Shown here: positions 1 through 7,838 of the stretch, one piece after another
Position numbering within the stretch: the first letter of the stretch is position 1
How the letters are laid out: each line of letters starts with the position of its first letter
Assembly (NCBI GenBank): GCA_043228905.1
Contig: JBHGNT010001050.1
Coordinates: 1 to 12,612, forward strand
DNA length: 12,612 nucleotides
Direction: 5' to 3'
Origin: Azolla caroliniana
Taxonomy: Eukaryota > Plantae > Polypodiophyta
Position numbers and translations under genes: made by a program
Notes under the pieces: generated by a model
What the model was told of the DNA's origin: nothing
The model's input: the letters and a program-made list of their open reading frames with translations, nothing else
The model's database searches: none

Positions 1-2580
1 GTATCGGATCATTGGGTTGTTGTGGCGAGTCGATCGGTGTAATTTCTCATTAGCCAATTTCAAGCCCATCTTGGTCTATTCCGACCTCAAATCCTAAGGT
101 CCATCTTCGCTCATGGCCTTGTCGGATTCACTCCGATCCGACGTGCCTTCAAGATTTCCGTGCTTCGGCATCTTATTCTTCCCTTTCTCCTTGGGGGTAA
201 GTTGTTTCCTTGGCTTCCGCCGCGGAAATTGCACGGCTGAGTCCTTGTCGCTCGTCGGCTTGTCAAGTGGTTGGCCGTCACGGTGCAGCTCGTCATTCGA
301 CCCACTTAGCCAGAATGAAATCATACTCTCTTCTAGTGTGCCGATTTCTTCTTCTTCCAAGATCGTCTCGGCCTCACTAGCCTCATCTTCAACAATCGGC
401 ACAGAGTTGTCGAGAATCGGAGACGGAAGGGAATACCAAGACGTTGACTCGTCGAACACGACGTTTTGGCTCATTGGCACTTGCTTCGTCCAGGGGTTGT
501 AGCACTTGTACCCCTTCTGCTCATGTGAGTAGCCGACTAAGATGCACTTCTATGCCTTGGTGTTCATCTTCTTCCGCTTCTCATCTGACACATGTACATA
601 TGCAATGATGTCGAATACCCTTCTCTTCGAAGTACACCTCATGCGCCGACACCTCTCCGTGTGCAGAAATCCAATTTTGAATGTATACTACCATCCGAAC
701 AGCATTGGCCCAGTGAAATTTGGGCATGCTCTTCTCTTCCAGCATTGCCCGTGTTGCTTCCATAATTGACCGATTTCTTCTTTCGGCTACGTTATTCTGT
801 TCCGGCATATATCTGCAAGTGAATTCGAGACGAATTCCCATCTGCTGCAAATAACAGTTGAACTGGCTAGAAGAGTATTCTTTTCCGCCATCCGACCGCA
901 AACACTTGATTTTCCGCCTTGTTTCTCTTTCTACTAGGCTTTTCAATTTCTGGAAATAGGAGAAGACATCACACTTCTTCTCTATGAGGTAAATCCAGGT
1001 GTGTCGACTATAGTTGTCGATGAAGGAGACAAAATATCGACTCCTGCCTAGGCTCACATTCTATGTCGGTCCCCATACATCCAAACGGATCAAATCGAGC
1101 TTATTATGGCCCCAATTTCACGCGTTGGGGAAAGGAAGCCGACATTGCTTCCCTAGCTGATGAGCTTCACTAACTTGGTCCTTCCTGCCACTGAACTTTG
1201 GCAAGCCGAACACAATTTGTTTCATTTGCAACTCTTGAAGCCTTTGGAAGTTGATTTGGCTGATCCGCTTGTGCCATAAGTTGATGTCTGATTCAACCTT
1301 TTGTCCCTTGTCAAACATCAATGCAATGATGACGTCGTTCGTCTCGAAGATGAACATCCTCCCTTCTTAGCACCCTCGCACGATGATCTGACATTCTTCT
1401 TCGATGAAGTCGCCATGGTGGGTGAACCAAACCCGCATGCCTTGATCGATGATTTGTCTGACTTACACTAGGTTCTTGGCGCTCATTGGGATGTGAAGGA
1501 CGTTCCTCAACCTCCCCTTCTAGCCAACATGGCTTAGGGGGACATCTTTAATATGCTCGATGGGATCAAGGGTGTAGTCGCCGGTTTCGACGACCCTAGC
1601 TCTTTTGGCTTTTTGAGATATGAGTACTCTTTATGGTTCATCATTTAATTGGACGTGCCAGAATCCACGAACCACACCTTGTTCGGTTTCGAGGTTCTCA
1701 TCTTCATTGAATTGGCCTTGTGCTTCATTACGAAGGCTAGACCCGTTTCGGCTCAATTTGAGCCTTCGAATAGTGCGATCATTGCCGATTTCCTTGTTCG
1801 GCTCTGCTTGATTCAGCCTTCTTTTTCCAAAACTTGCTTTCCCTATGACCCTTTCGGTCGCAGTACCAGCAGTCGGTGGCTTTGTTTTGCCTGTCTCCAG
1901 CACCACCTCGACTCCCCCTACTTGTGAAGGGTTCATTGTTGTCGGCATTTCCTCTATGCCTCCATGTACAACATCTAGTTGTCAAAGTGTGTGCTCCTTG
2001 ACGCACCTGCGTGGTTTTCTTCGACCATACGCATCGATTGTAGATCGAAGAAAGTCAACGGTTTCTCCCTCGTGCAAATTGCCGTCCTAATCGGCCCATA
2101 CCTCTAAGCTAAACCACCAAGGTAGATTTATACCATTTCTTCCTCGTCCACCATCACATTGATGGACCCCAAGGCATCACAAATCTCCTTGACCTTCGTG
2201 GTGTAGTTGGTCACCGTCATATCCTTCTGTTGGATATTGTTGAGCTCTTGACTAAGCTGCAACTTGCAGGCCGTGGTACTCACAACGAAAATCTTCTTTA
2301 GATTTTCCTAGGTCTCCTTTGACGTCTTTGCATTATGAATTTAGCTCAACATCTCGTCATGCACACAGGATACAAGGTAGTATATGACTCTACTTACCGC
2401 CTACTCCCAAGCCGGAAAATCCTTGTGTGTTGGTTCTGGCACTACTTCGTTTTCTCCATGGATGTAACTCTAGTAATCATGCCGGAGTAGGTACTAGTGC
2501 ATCTTGTATTCCCAAGATGCGTACTAGTTGCTTCTGTCCAACTTTTTTGTTGGAAGAACATCACCCATTCCTCTGTCCAT
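1..2580 (-). mobile_element. Degenerate Ty1/copia LTR retrotransposon internal region (gag, zinc knuckle, protease, GAG-pre-integrase, integrase); continues beyond the left edge
   Basis: The minus strand from ATG 2580 reads MDRGMGDVLPTKKLDRSN*YASWEYKMH*YL (copia gag, homologous to 9021-9434). CCHC knuckle remnant CWYCDRKGHRESKF at 1830-1871. Protease motif WFVDSG at 1657-1674. LWHKR...LGKQCRLPF at 1118-1357. Integrase core FVSFIDNYSR...LRSDGGKEY...PEQNNVAERRNR at 581-1057. KGYKCYNP...SQNVVFDES near 450-520. The PR-INT order is copia-type. Many stops and frameshifts; no LTR or PBS seen upstream of gag. Confidence 0.95.
450..1357 (-). pseudogene. Copia integrase remnant (GAG-pre-integrase, rve core, C-terminal part), split over several frames
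   Basis: ORF fragments 1118-1357, 581-1057 and the start of 94-480 carry consecutive copia integrase motifs separated by frameshifts and stops. Confidence 0.92.
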
Positions 2581-2792
2581 GTTCCTACCTATTCTTTTCC
2601 CCAAAATAAAATAAAAAAGAGCCTAAATCCCCAAAATAGCCAAGAAAACAATATGGGGCCCAGTGTTGCCTTTTGACGGCTAACATTGCCATGAGAATGG
2701 TATTCCAAAAAATTTGCTCGTCAAATGATGGTTTGTCGAAAAAATTGCCCTTCAAAAAGTAAATACATCGAATACTCGTACTAAACAATATA

Positions 2793-3128
2793 TTATACCC
2801 TTCTATCCTTTGCATCTTTCCTAATTTCATATACACAATCCCATTCTATTTCTTCAATATGTGGCCCATTTAATGAGACTTGCATTAAATAATCTAAATG
2901 TTCTATATTCAATCGGTTTCTTTTCATATCTTTGATGAGATTTTGCTTAGAGAACTCTCTCACACACGAAACCGTGCTAGATGGAACCAAAGTAGTGTGC
3001 CATAATTTCATCAAATGAGGAAAACTATCTTGCCAATCCATCATTTTGCAAAACATACACCAAGCTTTATGCATAGTATAGCCTTCACAATTTAAACGTA
3101 AAGTGTCAACAAAGCTATAGAGTTCCAT
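2793..3128 (-). pseudogene. hAT transposase C-terminal dimerisation-domain fragment
   Basis: FPHLMKLW...VPSSTVSCVREFSKQNLIK..KRNRL....LDYLMQVSLNGP matches the hAT dimerisation consensus (P.S...CER.FS...IK...RNRL). The conserved Glu of CERxFS is replaced by Val and the rest of the transposase is missing. Confidence 0.88.
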
Positions 3129-3347
3129 TTCACAAGCCTTTGCATCATGTAAAAATTGAAGACATGCATTGACATCAATGATAAATTATAACTTGTGTGT
3201 GAGAGTTGCGAAGTTATGGATGTATTCCATCAATGATCAATTATAACTTGTGAGTGAGAGAGAGGATGGGAAAGAAAGAAAGAACAAAGTACAACTTGAT
3301 CAAAGTAAGGGAGAGAGTGAGAGAAAAATAAAAAAAGAAGTAGAAGC

Positions 3348-3351
<4 letters not shown>

Positions 3352-3381
<30 letters not shown>
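3352..3381. repeat. (AG)15 microsatellite inside the hAT element
   Basis: Read directly from the sequence. Confidence 0.95.
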
Positions 3382-3384
<3 letters not shown>

Positions 3385-3869
3385 TGGGCTGAGAATAGGA
3401 GAAACCTTAAGTTTATTTTCCTTCTCTTTTATCATATCACATAACATATGTTTTACACATTTACTTTCCTTAAATAAAACTATATGCTATGGCCTATGAA
3501 TTGTTATTTGTAACTACTAATACATGTACTATTGTTTTAGCCTTATCAAAATTTGACGGTATTAACAAATTTTTAACCTTCATTTTTACGTTTTTATAAA
3601 ATATATGCCCGTCAAGATTGACGGTTTCATTTTCGAATAACCTTCATATACGGTTAAATTTGCCAAAAACATTCAAAACAGCCGTCAAAAGGCAACACTG
3701 ATGGGGCCCTCCTTTTCCTTTTATAGGGAAACAAGGGGAGGAGGGCGCCACTTTACATTTAATGCCCAAATTTCCCTCTTTTCAAAAGGGAATAAAGCTA
3801 CTTAAAACACGTCATTCAAATATTGTGTACCTAGTACTTAGTGTTATACTTATACGTTAATTCCTAACT

Positions 3870-4410
3870 ACTTGTGTTGTCTATCTCCTCCCTTCCTCTC
3901 TCTTGTACTTTTTCTCTTCCTCACTTACGCATACTTTCTCTTTGTTCACATGCTTATGTTTCCCCTCTTCGTCCCTTTTCCTTCCACGCTTGAACACCCC
4001 TATTTAGCACCCTTTCACCTGGTTTTCTCACCGTTGACACACCACATCACGACACCATTGTTTTGCACCATCTTCCCTTCCTTCTAGTCGTCTTTGAGCT
4101 TGTGTTTTGCTCGAAGATGTTTTCTTTCTTCGTGGTACAATTGTTATGTTTTTTTTTTCCCCAAAAAAACACTACTTCCATTAGTTAAGACAATTGTTAT
4201 GTTATTAAGCCTTGTAATCATACATTGAAAATTCGTTGCTTGTTCTTACCTTGACTAAAATTGTCATAGTCTAGTGATTTATTGTTACTGATCTTTAACC
4301 CTTGCTTCGTACTCACGTTGATTCTCTACTTGGCTTAACTTAGCCAAGGATCCATTCGGAAGCTAAGCGACTAAGCTTGTCGAGCAAACACTCAACAAGT
4401 GGCAACACTG
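3870..4410 (+). mobile_element. Possible eroded LTR fragment (5' boundary unknown)
   Basis: Pyrimidine-rich block, TATA-like CCCCTATTTAG near 3997-4007, an end ...CTCAACA (4391-4397) followed after 2 nt by TGGCAACACT (PBS-like geometry). No second LTR, no coding remnant and no clear tRNA match. Confidence 0.3.
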
Positions 4411-5350
4411 AACGAGTGCCAAAGCTTGTGAAGCTAAATCAAGCTATGAGCCTTCTCTCTCCTTCCACTTCCAGGCTCCCTAGTCCAAGACCGTCATGGT
4501 TCCGCCCGAGTAGCATGCGCGTGCGCAACAACGCAACACCGGAATATGTAGATGTGTAAGATGTCATATTTTATAAGTCTGTAATCATGGAATAATAATG
4601 GTGTATGCACAAGATTCGAACATGTGCACTCATGTTTTTGGGATATGCTTGGTTAAATGTGTTTGGTTGTATAAGCTCATAGCCTATAGGTATTTGCATC
4701 AGTGTATACATGTAATTGTGCGTTATTGTCTAAGGGATAGTATAAATATTGTATAGGTGTTTATATTATATGTTTATTATAGTTTATGTTTCAATAAGTG
4801 TTATGTGTACTTGTTTGTAAATTGAATCTCTTTGCGTGCGTGTGTGTACATGTGTATATGGGTACATTTGCGTACACATTTATCTACATGTGGATGAGAA
4901 TGTGTGCGTGTGTTTTTTTATTGTAAAGTTTAAGATCATAATGGGGAAGTGAAGACTTCTTTTATTATTTTATTGAAAAAGGGGAGTTGCATATAGAGAA
5001 CGACTTTAGGAAAAAAAATGCGAAGCATTGTTTTTTTGGTTAAAAAAAGAGTGCTTACAATAAATTGTCACGAATTAAAACCATTCATTTCAGTAAAAGA
5101 GGCCAAATGATTGAGTGCTTACAGCTAATTGTCAGCTAGAATGACCAATCGTGTTTCAACAAAGCTTGTCGATCAATCCTAGATTAGAAAATACAATCAT
5201 AAAAAGAATTCTCTACTTTGATGTCCATTCACTTCCAAACTCATAAAGGTAAAGAAAGGACATGGAAACTTTGACGTGCATTGTGTGTCATAAATTCAAT
5301 GTTTTTGGTGGAGCGTGAAGACACATGATATCTTTACAAGGACAAGCAAG

Positions 5351-5382
<32 letters not shown>
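5351..5382. repeat. Interrupted (CT)n microsatellite, copy 1
   Basis: Read directly; one C>T interruption. Confidence 0.93.
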
Positions 5383-5384
<2 letters not shown>

Positions 5385-5603
5385 TCAATAAGCACAATCT
5401 CATTCTCTTTATAACAAGCACAACCACATAACAAAGAAGGATGTGATTCAATTTTTACCACACCAAAGACACCCATGTGCTTCTTCTCCTCCTCCACCTT
5501 CATCATAAATTCAATGCATGCTCCATGTGAATGTATGCTCCACGTCGATGCATATTGTGTGTAATAAATTCAATGTTTTTTGTGGAGCGCAAAGACACAC
5601 ACA

Positions 5604-5626
5604 ATATATTTACAAGGACAAGCATG

Positions 5627-5654
<28 letters not shown>
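5604..5654 (+). promoter_or_regulatory. Putative PPO core promoter: TATA-like ATATATTTA followed by a (CT)14 tract (5627-5654)
   Basis: AT-rich box about 110 bp upstream of the ATG followed by a CT tract, an arrangement common in plant core promoters and 5'UTRs. The transcription start is not verified. Confidence 0.45.
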
Positions 5655-5657
<3 letters not shown>

Positions 5658-5714
5658 CAATAAGCACGATCGTTCTCTTTATAACAAGCAAGCACAAACC
5701 CATAACAAAGAAGG

Positions 5715-7340
5715 ATGTTGGGTTCAATTTTTACAACAATGAAGAAACCCATGTGCTTCTCCTTCTCCACCACCTTCATCATCATTCTTATGTATAACAC
5801 TAATTATGGTCTTCACAATTCTAACCTCATATTGCGAGCACAATGCACAGTCTTATCCCCAAACATGACTAGTTGCAATGCCCCATCAGACATCCCCGCA
5901 TTAGAACTTGAGATTTTGAATTGTTGTGCCCCTCCCCCAGCTACAACACCCTTACCCCTCTTCACACCCAACCCAACCCTTTATCCTACCCTCAAGGTCA
6001 GAAGGCCAGCCCACCTCCCCAATGCCACCTATGGAGACACACTTGCTAGAGCTTACTCCCTCATGAAGGACCTACCCCCCGAAGACCCTCGCTCCTTTGC
6101 CCAACAAGCAAACATCCATTGTGCTTATTGCAACACAGTCTATAACCAAAACAACTCTACCGACCTCCTCTTCCAAGTCCATGGAAACTGGCTCTTCTTC
6201 CCCTTCCATAGGTGGTACCTCTACTTCCACGAGAGGATCCTGGCCAAGCTCCTCGATGATGACACGTTCTCACTTCCCTTCTGGAACTATGACCATCCCA
6301 ATGGCTCCACCATGCCATGGATGTACATCCAATACCCCGTCCTCATGGATGACTATAGGAATCCTGATCACATGCCACCCACGGTCGTCTCCATCGACTA
6401 CACCTACAATGCCGAAACACGGTCCGCGGAGGAACAACTCCACGAGAACGCGGCATACGTGTACAGGTCCCTCGTTAGGGATGCGGAGAGCAAGTACAGA
6501 TTCTTCGGTTATCCGTTCAAGCATGGAGAGACTCCGAGAACCCTCTTTGGGACAGTGGAGAACTTTCCCCACAATTCGATGCATGCATGGTCGGGTTCGG
6601 CAACCACGGTCGGGGGGAAAGACATGGGGTCGCTTTACGCGGCCGCTAGGGATCCGGTGTTCTACCCGCACCACGCGGAGCTCGACCGGATGTGGGTGCT
6701 ATGGAAGGACATGGAAGGGAACGAGGACATCGACGAGGCCGAGTATTTGGATGCCGAGTTTGCGTTCTACAACGAGGATGCGGAGCTCGTGAGGGTGAGG
6801 GTGAGGGATGCATTGGACACAAGGAACTTAGGGTATGTGTATGAGGAGGTGGATGTCCCATGGATGGTCCAAGGAGTGCCGGTGAGGCTTAGCGACGGAG
6901 TGGCGGAATTAAGAAGCTCGGACAAGTTGTGCGAGGCGGGGGAGTGGATTGTCGCCCCGTGCTCCGCCACGGTGAAGCGAGACATGGCGGCGGTGGCACA
7001 AGGGGCAGAGGAGGAGAATCTGATAATGGCCGGATTGACATGGACCGAGGGCATGTCGGCCATTCTAGATGTCTTTTTGAACCTTCCGTCCGCCACGGCC
7101 AACACGACGTCAGGGTGCCAGGAATTCGTGGGCACCTTCCACAATGCGCCCCAATTTAGCGAAGGCAGGAATTCGAGCGACTACAGCCTCCACGTAGACG
7201 GACGGATTCGTGCGCTCAACCTCACATCCGAGCCGTCCTTAGTCTTCACCTTTGTTCCCAAAGGCCTCTCCCTAGGTTGTCCCACCACCTTCAATTTTCT
7301 AGTGATGCAGTATTCTCCTATGCCCTACAACATTGTGTAG
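5715..7340 (+). CDS. PPO: Polyphenol oxidase (catechol oxidase/tyrosinase, type-3 copper protein), 541 aa, intronless, secretory-type N-terminus
   Basis: CuA: QQANIHCAYC (H135, thioether C139), QVH (H156), WLFFPFHRWYLYFHERIL (H165). CuB: ENFPHNSMH (H286, H290), DMG..Y.AARDPVFYPHH (H320), DRMW. DWL-type domain EYLDAEFAFYNE...VRVRD.LD...LGYVY. KFDV-type domain EEENLIMAGL, ILDVFLN, EFVGTF. The true start may be Met1, Met9 or Met13. Confidence 0.97.
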   Translation: MLGSIFTTMKKPMCFSFSTTFIIILMYNTNYGLHNSNLILRAQCTVLSPNMTSCNAPSDIPALELEILNCCAPPPATTPLPLFTPNPTLYPTLKVRRPAHLPNATYGDTLARAYSLMKDLPPEDPRSFAQQANIHCAYCNTVYNQNNSTDLLFQVHGNWLFFPFHRWYLYFHERILAKLLDDDTFSLPFWNYDHPNGSTMPWMYIQYPVLMDDYRNPDHMPPTVVSIDYTYNAETRSAEEQLHENAAYVYRSLVRDAESKYRFFGYPFKHGETPRTLFGTVENFPHNSMHAWSGSATTVGGKDMGSLYAAARDPVFYPHHAELDRMWVLWKDMEGNEDIDEAEYLDAEFAFYNEDAELVRVRVRDALDTRNLGYVYEEVDVPWMVQGVPVRLSDGVAELRSSDKLCEAGEWIVAPCSATVKRDMAAVAQGAEEENLIMAGLTWTEGMSAILDVFLNLPSATANTTSGCQEFVGTFHNAPQFSEGRNSSDYSLHVDGRIRALNLTSEPSLVFTFVPKGLSLGCPTTFNFLVMQYSPMPYNIV

Positions 7341-7372
7341 GGAGTAACAATCTTTGTTACGGTTAATGGGAA

Positions 7373-7392
7373 ATATATATATATATATATAT
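7373..7392. repeat. (AT)10 microsatellite in the PPO 3' region
   Basis: Read directly from the sequence. Confidence 0.93.
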
Positions 7393-7838
7393 TTATTTAT
7401 TTGTTTATGTAGGAACTATATTTAAAATGATCGGAAGTGTGTGTATATTTAATAAGAGATTACAAGAGAATGTACGGCCCTCAAGAGTGTAATATGAATG
7501 ATTGATTGGCATCATCACATGATTCTGGACAAATGTTGTAACCATAGTACGTAATATTCATGCTCGTTAGCCCAAACATTCGTTTTCATACGTCTGCAAA
7601 CGAATGCGCATGTTATTAAAACATTCTTGTTTTTTTTTTTTTTTTACACTTTTTGCCTTAACTTACCTTAACTTTCTTTTACCGTAAAAAAACAATTTAC
7701 CTTATAATAAATAATGAGTGCAAAAGTATGGTATTTACCATACTTCGAGGGTGTTTTTCTTACGCGAATGTGAATGCACGAATGGTGTGTATGCTTCATA
7801 CTATGCTTGTAACTGTTTTTCACTACTCTTATCCAGTT

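Larger units (their letters stand above)
2661..3700 (-). mobile_element. Non-autonomous hAT-superfamily DNA transposon, 1040 bp, internally deleted
   Basis: Perfect 21-bp terminal inverted repeats CAGTGTTGCCTTTTGACGGCT (2661-2681) and AGCCGTCAAAAGGCAACACTG (3680-3700). Perfect 8-bp TSD ATGGGGCC (2653-2660 and 3701-3708). CAG terminus. Internal transposase C-terminal remnant. Confidence 0.96.
5280..5782 (+). repeat. Diverged tandem duplication of the PPO proximal promoter, 5'UTR and first ~22 codons (copy 1 about 5280-5506, copy 2 about 5554-5782)
   Basis: Collinear blocks ATTGTGTGT-ATAAATTCAATGTTTTT, TTTACAAGGACAAGCA-G(CT)nTTTCAATAAGCAC, CATAACAAAGAAGGATG, CCCATGTGCTTCT and CACCTTCATCAT. The ATGs at 5441 and 5715 are 274 bp apart. 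Confidence 0.95.

Noticed and set aside
113-769. Plus-strand ORFs 113-502 and 542-769
   Set aside because: Antisense shadows of copia pol with no recognisable motifs.
2491-2528. Micro-transposon look-alike: 8-bp direct repeats around an 8-bp inverted repeat
   Set aside because: The core encodes the conserved gag peptide ASWEYKMH and is present in the other copia, so it is not an insertion.
3241-3447. ORFs 3241-3447 and 3250-3444
   Set aside because: Products of the AG microsatellite and A-rich sequence (SLSLSL, RERERE).
4401-4410. GGCAACACTG, identical to the last 10 bp of the hAT right TIR
   Set aside because: Only 10 bp match and it is not followed by the ATGGGGCC TSD; the true end at 3700 has the full TIR and TSD.
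5288-5797. Short ORFs 5288-5506, 5503-5727, 5518-5742 and 5531-5797, including two similar minus-strand peptides
   Set aside because: Explained by the promoter duplication and CT microsatellites; not a peptide gene family.
6097-7159. Overlapping ORFs 6097-6792, 6270-6674, 6646-6861, 6767-7144 and 6929-7159
   Set aside because: Alternative-frame or antisense ORFs expected in a GC-rich CDS; low-complexity translations without motifs.
7344-7360. Hairpin GTAACAA-TCT-TTGTTAC just after the PPO stop
   Set aside because: A 7-bp AT-rich stem is weak and likely by chance; intrinsic terminators do not apply to a plant nuclear gene.
4560-7830. PPO captured inside a transposon (Pack-type) or horizontally acquired
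   Set aside because: No TIR, TSD or LTR pair encloses the gene. The protein has plant-type DWL and KFDV-like domains, and intronless PPOs are common in plants.
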